DNA from: an uncultured Chloroflexia bacterium | GTDB taxonomy: Bacteria > Chloroflexota > Limnocylindria > Limnocylindrales > CSP1-4 | NCBI GenBank assembly: GCA_963768655.1 | Contig: CAVYIM010000004.1 | Coordinates: 608,001 to 672,000 of the forward strand | Direction of reading: 5' to 3' | DNA length: 64,000 bases | In this document: piece after piece, positions 36,452 through 46,043 of the stretch | Position numbering within the stretch: position 1 is the first letter of the stretch | How the letters are laid out: every line of letters starts with the position of its first letter | Translations under genes and position numbers: made by a program | Notes under the pieces: generated by a model | Seen by the model: the letters and a program-made list of their open reading frames with translations, nothing else | The model's database searches: none | What the model was told of the DNA's origin: nothing

Positions 36452-37483
36452 ATGCCGGAGACTGTTCGGCGGCGTCTAGCGGCCCAGCTGCTGAGCGGAA
36501 GCCCCGCTCGAACCCCGGAGGCCGCGGTCAATCGAATCCTGGCCGTGCAAGCACAGGATCTTCGAGGCGCCCGCCTCGCGATTCGGGCGCGAAGCACGGG
36601 CCTGACCGCTGCAGACGTAGATCGGGCCCTGACCGTCGATCGGTCGCTTCTGGTCACATGGCTGAACCGCGGAACGCTGCACCTGGTGACCCGAGAGGAC
36701 TACCCGTGGCTTTTCGCTCTGACGGCGCCCCGACACCGAGCGTGGGTTAGCGCGCGCCTGGGGCAACTCGGCGTCGCGCCCGAGGTGGCCGAACGCGGAG
36801 TCTCGATCATCGTCGGGGCGCTCCGGAATGAGGGTCCGCTCACCCGATCCGACCTCGTCGAGCGGCTGAACCGTCGCGGCGTGCCCACCGCCGGTCAAGC
36901 TATCGTCCATCAGATCGGGCTGGCAAGCCTGCGAGGCCTGGTTGTTCGAGGTCCGATGCGCGGGCGAGAGCAGTGCTTCGTTCATGTGCGCGATTGGCTC
37001 GGGGAACCCGTGCCTGTGGATCGGGAGCGTGCGTTCGCCGAGCTGGCCCGCCGCTACCTCGCCGGCCACGGTCCGGCCGCCGAGCGCGACCTCGCGTACT
37101 GGGCCGGCGTGCCGCTCCGCGACGCCCGTGCCGGACTGCGATCGATCGGCCCCGAGCTCGAGGAATGGGCCGACGGCCTCGTGGATCTAGCCGGCCGGGG
37201 AGTCGCTCCCGAGTTGCCGCCCCCTCGCCTGCTCGGCCCATTCGATCCGCTGCTGCACGGCTGGGCTTCGCGCGAACCTATCGTCGGCCGACACGGCGGG
37301 CTGGTCACGAGCAACGGCGTATTTCGGCCGATCCTACTGGTGAATGGCCGCGCCACCGGAACATGGACAGTGCAGGCCGGTCGCGTCGAGTTGCGGCCGT
37401 TCGAGGATCTCGAGGATTCGGCGATCGCTGCTCTCGAAGCCGACGGCGGAGCGGTGTTGCGCTATCTCAGCCCGGCCGTCTAG
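36452..37483 (+). CDS. AlkZ/YcaQ-family (HTH_42) DNA glycosylase
   Basis: AVQAQD catalytic motif, WLNRGTLHLV, RRYLAGHGPA and LLGPFDPLLHG. Confidence 0.88.
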   Translation: MPETVRRRLAAQLLSGSPARTPEAAVNRILAVQAQDLRGARLAIRARSTGLTAADVDRALTVDRSLLVTWLNRGTLHLVTREDYPWLFALTAPRHRAWVSARLGQLGVAPEVAERGVSIIVGALRNEGPLTRSDLVERLNRRGVPTAGQAIVHQIGLASLRGLVVRGPMRGREQCFVHVRDWLGEPVPVDRERAFAELARRYLAGHGPAAERDLAYWAGVPLRDARAGLRSIGPELEEWADGLVDLAGRGVAPELPPPRLLGPFDPLLHGWASREPIVGRHGGLVTSNGVFRPILLVNGRATGTWTVQAGRVELRPFEDLEDSAIAALEADGGAVLRYLSPAV

Positions 37484-37809
37484 AGCCGTCTCCGTACGGA
37501 GCCTGGCCGGCCCTCCCAAGTCGCTCAGGTCTTCTGCGGCAGCGGTCGCGACGTCCTGCAGACGTCCCGAGGCTCGGGACTGTAGATCGCCATTCTCAGT
37601 CTGGGCCCGCTTCGCGTCGCTTGCCGAGGTCGGTGCTGCCAAGCAGAGGAGTCCACGGCCTCACTCCATGAGCGCGAGCCACCTGCCACCAGGTACTTCG
37701 CGGATTGCCGCTCCCCGCGTTGCCTGGCCCGCTAAGCTAGACGGTGCCAGCCGGGATACACGCTTGCGTACCGCCACATCCCGGCCGCCGACAGACGAGG
37801 AGGATCCTG

Positions 37810-38640
37810 GTGGACGCTGTCATGGGGCTGTTAGTTCTTGTGGTCGTCGTCGCCTGCGTCGTCTGGGCGGTCCGCGTCACGGGCTTTTCGCTGCCGATCT
37901 GGAACGGAGTCCGCAGCGAGGGGATCATCGTGGCGTGGCGAGACACGGGGATGGCGGAGAGCAGCGGCGCTGGGAGCCTCGGCTCGACGATATATGACCT
38001 CCAGCTTCAGGTCATGCCGGTGCGGGGTGGAGCGCCCGTCATAGCCCACGTGAGAGCCCAGCTCGACTCCTTCTTGGACCCCGACGTCGGCAAACGAGTT
38101 CCGATCATCATCTCGCCGACGAACCCCAAACGCGTCAAGGTGGACCATTCGCGGTTGGACACGCCTCTGGACAAGAGCTGGCACACCGCCACCGGCTCGG
38201 CGCCAGGTGCCAGCTCGACGGGCGCGAAGCCCGGCCTCGACTTCGCCTTCGACGCCAACATGAACCCGACAACGGCCAGCCTGGACAACGTGGTCGGCGG
38301 GGTCACGACCGGGACGCAGAAGATCATCCACAACAGCGCGGCCCAGCTCCTTGCGAGCGGAACGCGCGGCACCGCGGTGATCAGCAGCTGCCAGCCTCTT
38401 GGCAAGACGGTTCTCCAGATGAATCCGCACGCAACGGCGCACCTGGACGATCCGGCGTGGCTCTTCACGTTGAAGGTCACCGTTCCCGGCAACGGCACGT
38501 GGCCGGCCGTCATGGGCCACTACGTGCCGCAGGCCAAAGTAGGCATGGTCGGTCCTGGCGTAAGACTGGCCGTGGCTGTCAACATGGCCGACAAGATGAA
38601 CGAAGTGGCCATCGACTGGGACCAGTCGCCGCTCCCGTAG
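37810..38640 (+). CDS. Membrane-anchored hypothetical protein with two similar beta-rich domains
   Basis: GTG with GAGGAGG RBS and an N-terminal TM. Two modules of the form G.gii...y.l.l.V...G..v.v..p....v.iD. Confidence 0.7.
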   Translation: MDAVMGLLVLVVVVACVVWAVRVTGFSLPIWNGVRSEGIIVAWRDTGMAESSGAGSLGSTIYDLQLQVMPVRGGAPVIAHVRAQLDSFLDPDVGKRVPIIISPTNPKRVKVDHSRLDTPLDKSWHTATGSAPGASSTGAKPGLDFAFDANMNPTTASLDNVVGGVTTGTQKIIHNSAAQLLASGTRGTAVISSCQPLGKTVLQMNPHATAHLDDPAWLFTLKVTVPGNGTWPAVMGHYVPQAKVGMVGPGVRLAVAVNMADKMNEVAIDWDQSPLP

Positions 38641-38775
38641 GGGTTCGGGCGCGACAAGCCCCACCGCGTTGTCTGGCCGCGAAGACGCGACTCCTGACGT
38701 GCTTCACGGTTCACTCAACTCGACGGAGGGTTCGAGGGGACGGCCGAACTGAGCGAGTAGGCCAGCCTAGTCGAA

Positions 38776-39244
38776 TGGTCGGAACGAGAGGACTAGAGGC
38801 CGAGATAACAAGCTAGCCTGTCTTCGAGGCAAAGGACGCCGTCGCATGGGGAGAAACGTTCCCCAAGACCGGCCCGTCGGTTTGGCGGTCCCGTCGCCCC
38901 TCGGCGCATCTAGGATCGGCCCGGGGGCGGGCTCAACGGCTTCTATACTCAAGTTGAGGCGAAGCCGATTTGAGAGGAGCTGCTGAGATGCACGGAGCCA
39001 GCCAAGGCATTGCCTGTCCGAAGTGCAAGGCAGAGTGGCAGATTGTCCTGGAGGGCGAAGACGACTTCCACGGGCCGATCGATGACAGGGTCGGTTATGG
39101 CTCAAGGGAAGGCGGGGTCGGCTTCGTCGCAAGACTAGAGAGAGCAATGTGCCCGAACTGCGGCGCCAAAGTTGAGTCGATGCCGGAGAAGACGCCGCCG
39201 GCGATCGAGAAGATCGGCTGGTAGTGGACTAGAACCTCCGACCC
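38776..39244 (-). mobile_element. tRNA-Pro 3' remnant (att-like) interrupted by a 436-bp cassette with an 8-bp direct repeat
   Basis: GGACTAGA occurs at 38790-38797 and 39226-39233. Removing the insert gives GGGTC-GGAGG-TTCTAGT-CCTCT-CGTTCCG-A-CCA on the minus strand. Confidence 0.75.
38988..39224 (+). CDS. Small zinc-ribbon protein (78 aa), cassette cargo
   Basis: CPKC...CPNC motifs, AGGAG RBS and TATACT -10 at 38944-38949. Confidence 0.7.
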   Translation: MHGASQGIACPKCKAEWQIVLEGEDDFHGPIDDRVGYGSREGGVGFVARLERAMCPNCGAKVESMPEKTPPAIEKIGW

Positions 39245-39260
39245 ATCCGGCCCCTCGCCC

Positions 39261-39298
39261 AAAGAGAAGCGGCCGCCGGGCGAATGCCCCGCGGCCGC
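39261..39298 (-). terminator. Intrinsic terminator of the etf/acyl-CoA dehydrogenase operon
   Basis: GCGGCCGC-based stem followed by TTCTCTTT on the minus strand. Confidence 0.65.
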
Positions 39299-39316
39299 GG
39301 TATTGACGTAGGACCG

Positions 39317-41038
39317 CTATCCCAGCAGCGCGGGGATTGCCTCCAGCGGGACGGGGTTCGCGCCGGTTACGATCTCACCCGCCGCGCGCAGCCGCGGCGC
39401 CACCGAGGCGATGTACGTGCGGGCGATCGGCTTCTTGGCGTCGAGAACGTTGGTGTCGCGCAGGACCAGCCACGAGCACACGAGCCACACGGCCATGTCG
39501 ACCAGGTCGCAGGCGTAGTAGTCGACGCGGTCGCGGTCCGGCTGGGCCTTCAACGCATCGACGGCCCTCTGGTACAGGGCCGTCAACTCGACCAGGATCG
39601 CTTTTTCGGCGGTCATGTCGACCGGGTAGTCGGCGGCCTGCCACTCGGCGAGCAGCGGATCGAGCGTCCGGTTCAGCAGCTTGCCGATAGCCGCGACGAC
39701 CTGCAGCTGGCTCGTGCCTTCGTAGATGTTCGTGATTCGAACGTCGCGGAAGAGCCGCTCGATGTTGAACTCGCGCATGTAGCCGACGCCGCCGTGGACC
39801 TGCATCGACTGGTAGCAGACCCGGTTGCCCATCTCGGTGGAGCAGTACTTCACCATTGGGGTCAGCGTCTCGGCCAGGGCCTGACACTGCTTGTGGCGGG
39901 CACGGACCGCCGGGTCGGCCTCGGCTCCGCCGTCTCCGAGAGCCTTCTCGTAAACCTTCCAGAGGTCCACCCAGCGCGCGGTTTCGGCCAGGAGGGCGCG
40001 GGTGGCCTCCGTGTCGACCCGCATCGAGAGCAGCAGCCGGGCGACGGCGGGGAGGACGCGGATCGGCTTGCCGAACTGGATCCGCTCCTTGGAGTAGCGG
40101 TCGGCCTCGCGATAGGCGGCCTCGGCGATACCCATGGCCTGGGCGGCGACCGCCAGACGTGCGCCGTTCATCAGATTCATCGAGTAGCGCATCAGGCCGA
40201 AGCGGCGCTTGCCGATCAGGATCGCCGGCGTGTTGTTGTACTGGATCTCGCAGGTGGGCGAGGAGTGGATGCCCATCTTGTTCTCGATGCGGCGGATCTT
40301 GACCGTCTCGTCTTTTTCCACCAGGAACATCGAGAGGCCGCGGGCGTCGCTGGAGCCTTCCTCGCTGCGAGCCAGGACGACCGAGATGTCGGCCAGGCCG
40401 TTGGTGATGAAGCGCTTGACGCCGTTCAGGTGCCACTGGCCGGTGGCCTCGTCCAGCGTCGCGCGAGTCGCCACGGCGCCCAGGTCCGACCCGGCGTCGG
40501 CCTCGGTCAGGACCATCGCGCCCGAAACCTCGCCGCGCGAGAAGCGTGGCAGGACGCGGGCCTTGGTCTCGGGGTCGCCGTACTCGTCGATCATCGAGGC
40601 GATTTCCTGGAGGCCGAAGACGGTCATGAGGCCGCTCTCGGCGCGGGCGACGATCTCGACCATCATCTGGTAGATCGACTCGGGCAGGTTCAGGCCGCCG
40701 AATTCGCGCGGCAGCATGGCCCCGAACAGCTCGGCCTGCTTGAGCGCCGCGATGGCGTCGAGCGTCGGCGCGGCGTACGTGACGACGCCGTTCTCGAAGT
40801 GGGCGCCCTCCTCGTCCGCCTCGGCGGCGCGGGGAGCCACGCGCTCGGCGCAGATCTCGCCCAGGACCTCGAGAACGATCTTGTAGTTGTCCTTGGCGTC
40901 GGCGTAGTTGCGCGGCGCCGCGGGGTACATGCCGGCCTCCGCGTAGCCCTTTTCCTTGAGCTCGAGGACTTCCCGAAGGTCGAGCTGGGCCAGCCGGAAC
41001 TGGAGGTCCTCGTTGTCGAAGAAGAAGCTGTCGCTCAT
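39317..41038 (-). CDS. Acyl-CoA dehydrogenase (long, about 570 aa type)
   Basis: MVLTEADAGSD, LNGVKRFITNG, KMGIHSSPT, QVHGGVGY and IYEGTSQLQ motifs. Confidence 0.95.
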   Translation of the reverse strand: MSDSFFFDNEDLQFRLAQLDLREVLELKEKGYAEAGMYPAAPRNYADAKDNYKIVLEVLGEICAERVAPRAAEADEEGAHFENGVVTYAAPTLDAIAALKQAELFGAMLPREFGGLNLPESIYQMMVEIVARAESGLMTVFGLQEIASMIDEYGDPETKARVLPRFSRGEVSGAMVLTEADAGSDLGAVATRATLDEATGQWHLNGVKRFITNGLADISVVLARSEEGSSDARGLSMFLVEKDETVKIRRIENKMGIHSSPTCEIQYNNTPAILIGKRRFGLMRYSMNLMNGARLAVAAQAMGIAEAAYREADRYSKERIQFGKPIRVLPAVARLLLSMRVDTEATRALLAETARWVDLWKVYEKALGDGGAEADPAVRARHKQCQALAETLTPMVKYCSTEMGNRVCYQSMQVHGGVGYMREFNIERLFRDVRITNIYEGTSQLQVVAAIGKLLNRTLDPLLAEWQAADYPVDMTAEKAILVELTALYQRAVDALKAQPDRDRVDYYACDLVDMAVWLVCSWLVLRDTNVLDAKKPIARTYIASVAPRLRAAGEIVTGANPVPLEAIPALLG

Positions 41039-42075
41039 TCGTGCTCTCGCTGGTCCATGTTGCGCTCGCGCAGGGTCTTGATGATCAGGGGGAGCACCTC
41101 GGCCACGTCGCCGACGATGCGGTAGTGGGCGATCTGGAACATCGGCGCGTTGGGGTCGGTGTTGATGGCGATGATCTTGGATGACTGATCCATGCCGGCC
41201 CGATGCTGGATGGCGCCTGAGATCCCGGCCGCGATGTAGAGGCGCGGCCGGACCGTGGTGCCGGTCTGGCCGACCTGGTGCGGCCGGGCGATCATGCCGG
41301 CGTCCACCGCCGCGCGGGACGCGCCGACCTCGCCGCCGAGGAGATTGGCCAGGTCGCGCAGGAGGGCGAAGTCCTCGGCGCTGCCGATACCGGCGCCGCC
41401 CGAAACGACGACCGGGGCTTCCTTGAGGTTGACGGTCGAGTGGCGCGTCTGGCGGCTGAGAACCTCGAGAGCGAAGTCGCCCGGCTCGAACGCGGGAACG
41501 ACCTTCTCGATCGTGCCCTTTCGGCCCGGCTGGGCGGCCGGCATGCGCATCACGCCTTCGCGCACCGTCGCCATCTGGGGCCGGGTCTTGGGGTTGACGA
41601 TCGTGGCGATCAGGTTGCCGCCGAAGGCGGGCCGGATCTGGTAGAGCAGGTTGGGGTAGGTCTTGTTCTCCTTGCGGATCGTGTACTCGCCGATCTGCAG
41701 GTCCGTGCAGTCCGCCGTGAGGCCGCAGCGCAGGGCGCTGGCGACGCGCGGGGCGAGGTCACGGCCGTTGGGCGTGCCGCCGATCAGGAAGATCTCCGGC
41801 TTGCGGGCCTTCGCCTCGGCTATCGCGATGCGGGCGTAGGGGAGGGTGCGGTAGTCGGCGAGCTCGGGGTGGTCCGCCAGGAGCACGCGATCGGCGCCGC
41901 GCTCTATCACCTGCTGCGCCAGCGGCTCGACTTTGTGGCCGAAGACGAGACCCACTACGTCGTAGCCGAGCTGATCGGCCAGCTCGCGGGCTTTGCCGGT
42001 CAGCTCCAGGCTGACGTCCGCGATCTTGCCGTCGGTCTGCTCGATGAAGACCCAGATGCTGTTCTGCTCTGTCAT
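41035..42075 (-). CDS. etfA: Electron transfer flavoprotein alpha subunit
   Basis: GLTADCT, RPAFGGN and QVGQTGTTVRPRLYIAAGISGAIQH motifs. Confidence 0.95.
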   Translation of the reverse strand: MTEQNSIWVFIEQTDGKIADVSLELTGKARELADQLGYDVVGLVFGHKVEPLAQQVIERGADRVLLADHPELADYRTLPYARIAIAEAKARKPEIFLIGGTPNGRDLAPRVASALRCGLTADCTDLQIGEYTIRKENKTYPNLLYQIRPAFGGNLIATIVNPKTRPQMATVREGVMRMPAAQPGRKGTIEKVVPAFEPGDFALEVLSRQTRHSTVNLKEAPVVVSGGAGIGSAEDFALLRDLANLLGGEVGASRAAVDAGMIARPHQVGQTGTTVRPRLYIAAGISGAIQHRAGMDQSSKIIAINTDPNAPMFQIAHYRIVGDVAEVLPLIIKTLRERNMDQREHE

Positions 42076-42083
42076 CGCTTGCC

Positions 42084-42989
42084 CTACCCGACGATGTATT
42101 CGTGGACCAGTTCCTGGATCATCGCCGCGATGCCCTCGGGCGTGGCCGGAATGGTCTTGCTTTCGGTGCTCTCCAGGACCACGAAGTTGATCCTGTGGAC
42201 CTGCGTGGGAGAGCCCGCCAGGCCGACCTGTTCCTCGGAGGCGCCGATGTCCTCCGCGGTCCAGATCGCGATCTTCAGGTCGTGGGCTGCCAGATACGCC
42301 GCCAGCTGTTCGTCCGATTCGAACTCGGGCCAGGCGGCGCGAAGGGCGGCGTACTCGTTCGTGGTGGCGGCCAGCTTGCGCTCGATGCGGCGACGGACCG
42401 AGGCCGGGCGAGGCGTGTTGGCGGAGCCGACGACGGTGAGGAGAACCGGCATCTTGCAGCGAACGATCTCCGAACCGGAGTCGAGCGCGCGCTCGGCGAC
42501 GATCTGGTCGTCCGAGAGCTCGACGATCGTCTCGGCGTAGGTGATCTGCGGGATGCCGAGCTTCTCGGCCAGCTGCGGCCCGACCTGGGCCGTGTCGCCG
42601 TCGATCGCCTGGCGGCCGCAGAACAGGAGGTCGAACGGACCGGCCTTCTCGACGGCGCACTTCAGCACGTAGGAGGTGGCCAGCGTGTCCGCGCCGGCGA
42701 ACTTGCGATCGGTCAGCAGGATGACCCGATCCGCGCCGCGAAAGAGGGCCTCGCGCAGGACATTGGCCGCCTTGGGCGGGCCCATGGTGATCACGGTCAC
42801 GGTGCCGCCGCGGCGCTCCCGGACCTGCAGCGCCATCTCGAGGGCGTTCAGGTCCTCCGGGTTGAAGATCGCCGGCAGCGCGTTGCGGTTCATGGTGCCG
42901 TCCTTCGTCATCACCTCACCGGTGATGTTGTGGGTGTCCGGCACCTGTTTCACGAGCACAGCCGAGTGAATGGGTTTCTGGTCCGTCAT
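42084..42989 (-). CDS. etfB: Electron transfer flavoprotein beta subunit
   Basis: VKQVPD, NPEDLNALE, AGADTLAT and GRQAIDGDTAQVGP motifs. Confidence 0.95.
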   Translation of the reverse strand: MTDQKPIHSAVLVKQVPDTHNITGEVMTKDGTMNRNALPAIFNPEDLNALEMALQVRERRGGTVTVITMGPPKAANVLREALFRGADRVILLTDRKFAGADTLATSYVLKCAVEKAGPFDLLFCGRQAIDGDTAQVGPQLAEKLGIPQITYAETIVELSDDQIVAERALDSGSEIVRCKMPVLLTVVGSANTPRPASVRRRIERKLAATTNEYAALRAAWPEFESDEQLAAYLAAHDLKIAIWTAEDIGASEEQVGLAGSPTQVHRINFVVLESTESKTIPATPEGIAAMIQELVHEYIVG

Positions 42990-43206
42990 CCTGTCTCCGG
43001 GAGCCGCCCGGTCGCACCGGGGCGGGGGATTCGCGAAGGGCTTTCCCGGGCTCGATCGCCGCTCGGGTGGCGCGGGCCGGCGGGCGATGTCTCCCGTCCG
43101 CAGGTCCGGCGCGAACTATAACCTGCCGCGGGTGCCGGTCGTCGGGTCGCCGCGGCGCCGCGCGGGTGGGGGAGTGGCGCCGGCGAGTTTGTGCGACGAT
43201 CCCGCA

Positions 43207-44133
43207 ATGCCGCCTGGCCCGACCGTCAATTCCGACCTGCGCGTCCGCCTGGCCGGCGTGCGGGCACTGCTTCTCGACATGGACGGCGTGCTCGTCCTGC
43301 GGGGCGAGCCAATTCCGGGCGCCACGGCGGCGCTCGCCGCCCTCGACGCTCGGGCGATCCCATACGTGCTCGCCACGAACACGTCGCTGGTGAGCCGGGC
43401 CACGCTGGCGCGCGAGCTCGGCCGGGCCGGCATTTCGGTGGCGGCCGACCGGATCGTCACCGCGGCCTCGGCGGCTGCGGCGCACGTGGGGCGGCGCTTC
43501 GACGGCGAGCCGCTGTACGTGATGGTCGCGCCGGACGCCCGGGTCGAGTTCGAGGGGCTGCGGCTCCTCTCCTACGACGAGGCGGCCGCGCCCGACGCCC
43601 GCGCCGCGGCGGTGGTCGTCGGCGATGCCGCCGACGAGTTCACGCCGCGGAACCTGCAGTCGGCCTTCACGCTGCTGCGGAGCGGCGCCAGGTTCGTGGC
43701 GATGCACAAGAACCGCTGGTGGCTCACGCCGGCCGGGGCCATGCTCGACGCCGGGGCGTACGTGGCCGGCCTCGAGTACGTGACGCAGCGCCGGGCGCTG
43801 GTCGCCGGCAAGCCGTCGCGTACGTTCTTCGCCGAGTGCGTGCGGCGCCTCGAGGAGATGGTCGGCGGGGCCGGCGACGCCGGCGGGACTGGCGGAGCCG
43901 GCGCGCGAACCGGCCGCGCGTCGCATCTCGCGCCCACTGAAGTGGCGATGGTCGGCGACGATCTCTGGAACGACGTCCTCGGGGCCCAGAAAGCGGGCCT
44001 GCGCGGTGTCTTCGTCCGATCCGGCAAGCACGGCGACGCCGATCTCGCGCGAGTCACCACCGAGCGCGGCGGGCGGGCGCCGGACGCCGTGGCCCCGTCG
44101 ATCGTGGAGGTCGTGGCCGCTCTGGTGAGTTGA
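43207..44133 (+). CDS. HAD-IIA family hydrolase (LHPP/HDHD2-like)
   Basis: LLDMDGVL, ATNTS, GKPS and MVGDDLWNDVLGA motifs. Confidence 0.9.
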   Translation: MPPGPTVNSDLRVRLAGVRALLLDMDGVLVLRGEPIPGATAALAALDARAIPYVLATNTSLVSRATLARELGRAGISVAADRIVTAASAAAAHVGRRFDGEPLYVMVAPDARVEFEGLRLLSYDEAAAPDARAAAVVVGDAADEFTPRNLQSAFTLLRSGARFVAMHKNRWWLTPAGAMLDAGAYVAGLEYVTQRRALVAGKPSRTFFAECVRRLEEMVGGAGDAGGTGGAGARTGRASHLAPTEVAMVGDDLWNDVLGAQKAGLRGVFVRSGKHGDADLARVTTERGGRAPDAVAPSIVEVVAALVS

Positions 44134-44296
44134 TCCGACGCCGCCTTCATCGGTGGCCGGAACCTGCGTCACCTGAGGGAGGGTCTCCGCGACGGCGCGC
44201 GGTAAACTGGCGGCAGATGGCTGCGCCCTGCTGCGGGCGCGCGGCTCGAGGCGGCGCAGCCAGGTCCCAGGTGCCCGGCACCAGGAGGGCGTTCGG

Positions 44297-45871
44297 ATGA
44301 CCGCGACGTCTGAGCCCCGGCTCAAGATCACCTACGCCACGATGCGAAACGACAACGAGCAACTGCATGCCTCGTACGATGCCGGCCTGCTAACCGCCCG
44401 CAATGAGCTCGGCGGCACCCACGGCATCTACGTCAACGGCGAGTGGCACCCGGCAAAGGAGACCTTCGAGAAGCGTTCGCCGATCGACGGGTCGCTCGTC
44501 GGCCGCTTCGCGAAAGGCACGCGCGCGGACGTTCGGGAAGCGATCGCCGCCGCCCGCGCCGCCGCCCCGGGCTGGGCCAGGACCCCGTGGCTCGAGCGCA
44601 TCGCCGTCATGCGCCGCATGGCGGAGTTGATCAGCGAGCACCAGATGGAATTCGCGGCCCTGATGGCGATCGAGGTCGGAAAGAACCGGCTCGAGGCCCT
44701 CGGCGATGTCGAGGAGACGGCCGACCTGATCCGCTACTACTGCGACCAGCTCGAGGCCAACGACGGCTTCGACCACCCGATGGGGAATCTCGGCGACCCG
44801 ACCGTGCATACCCGCTCTGTGCTCAAGCCGCACGGTGTTTGGGCCGTCATCAGCCCGTTCAACTTCCCGATGGCACTCTCGGGCGGGCCCGCGGGCGGCG
44901 CGCTCGTGGCCGGTAACGCGGTCGTCTACAAGCCCTCGAGCGATGCCCCGCTGTGCGGCGTCAAGCTGGCCGAGGTCGCGGACCTGGCCGGTCTCCCGCG
45001 CGGCGTCTTCAATATGGTCAGCGGCCCGGGCGCCACGGTCGGCGTGGAGCTGCAGGAGAACGAAGGGATCGACGGGCTGCTGTTCACCGGCTCCTTCGAG
45101 ATCGGCTTCAACTCGATCTTCAAGACGTTCAGCAAGCGCTGGCCCAAGCCGGTCGTGGTCGAGATGGGCGGCAAGAACCCGGCCATCGTCAGCGCCCGGG
45201 CGGACCTCGAGGAGGCGGCCGAAGGGATCGTCCGGTCGGCCTTCGGTTTCGCCGGCCAGAAATGCTCGGCCTGCAGCCGGGTCTACGTCGAGGCTCCCGT
45301 GCACGCCGCCCTGCTCGAGCAGCTCGTCGCCAAGACGAAAGCGCTCACCATCGGCGATCCGACGGACCGCAAGATCTGGCTCGGCCCGCTGGTCAATGCC
45401 AACGCGATGGCCACCTACGATGCCGCCGTTGCCGAGGCCAAACGGGACGGCCGGATCGTCTTCGGCGGGGAGCGGCTGGCCGGGATGCCGAGCGACCTCT
45501 TCGTCGCGCCCACGATCGTGGCGGACCTGCCGTTCGAGCACCGGATCTGGCGCGACGAGCTATTCGTGCCGCTCGTCGCGGTCGGCTCCGTCAAGTCGCT
45601 GGACGAGGCCTTCGAGCGCGCCAACGACACGATCTACGGACTGACGGCGGGCTTCTTCAGCGAGGATCGCGAAGAGGTCGAGCGCTTCAAGGAGGCCGTC
45701 GAGGCCGGCGTCATCTACATCAACCGCCGCGCCGGCGCGACCACGGGGGCCTGGCCGGGCATCCAGCCGTTCGGCGGCTGGAAGGGCTCCGGAACCACCG
45801 GCAAGGCATCGGGCGGCCTGTACTACGTCCAGCAGTTCATGCGCGAGCAGTCGCAGACCCTGGTCGACTGA
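44297..45871 (+). CDS. Aldehyde dehydrogenase (P5C/semialdehyde dehydrogenase, RocA/PruA-like)
   Basis: ISPFNFP, FTGS, EMGGKN, GQKCSACSR and TTGAWPGIQPFGG motifs. Confidence 0.9.
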   Translation: MTATSEPRLKITYATMRNDNEQLHASYDAGLLTARNELGGTHGIYVNGEWHPAKETFEKRSPIDGSLVGRFAKGTRADVREAIAAARAAAPGWARTPWLERIAVMRRMAELISEHQMEFAALMAIEVGKNRLEALGDVEETADLIRYYCDQLEANDGFDHPMGNLGDPTVHTRSVLKPHGVWAVISPFNFPMALSGGPAGGALVAGNAVVYKPSSDAPLCGVKLAEVADLAGLPRGVFNMVSGPGATVGVELQENEGIDGLLFTGSFEIGFNSIFKTFSKRWPKPVVVEMGGKNPAIVSARADLEEAAEGIVRSAFGFAGQKCSACSRVYVEAPVHAALLEQLVAKTKALTIGDPTDRKIWLGPLVNANAMATYDAAVAEAKRDGRIVFGGERLAGMPSDLFVAPTIVADLPFEHRIWRDELFVPLVAVGSVKSLDEAFERANDTIYGLTAGFFSEDREEVERFKEAVEAGVIYINRRAGATTGAWPGIQPFGGWKGSGTTGKASGGLYYVQQFMREQSQTLVD

Positions 45872-46043
45872 CCGGGGCGGGTGTGCCCGATATCCGAGCG
45901 GCCCGACTGCCCCGGCGAGCCCGCGCGATTAAATCGCAGAGCGCCGGTTCGGGCTCGCCCGTCGGCTATGCTGGCGTGTGCCTGCCCGGTCCGGCGAACC
46001 GGCGCGGGCAGTTGGCGCCCGATTCTCGCCCTGGACGGTATCA

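Noticed and set aside
38798-39225. IS element or MITE
   Set aside because: No transposase and no convincing terminal inverted repeats. The geometry fits site-specific recombination better.
39226-39300. Intact tRNA-Pro gene
   Set aside because: No D-arm or 5' acceptor strand is present. The upstream sequence is the acyl-CoA dehydrogenase terminator.
39284-41125. Long antisense or alternate-frame ORFs (also 2590-3951, 18039-19661, 56146-57996, 44953-46608 and others)
   Set aside because: Shadow ORFs typical of high-GC coding DNA. They overlap well-supported genes and carry no motifs.
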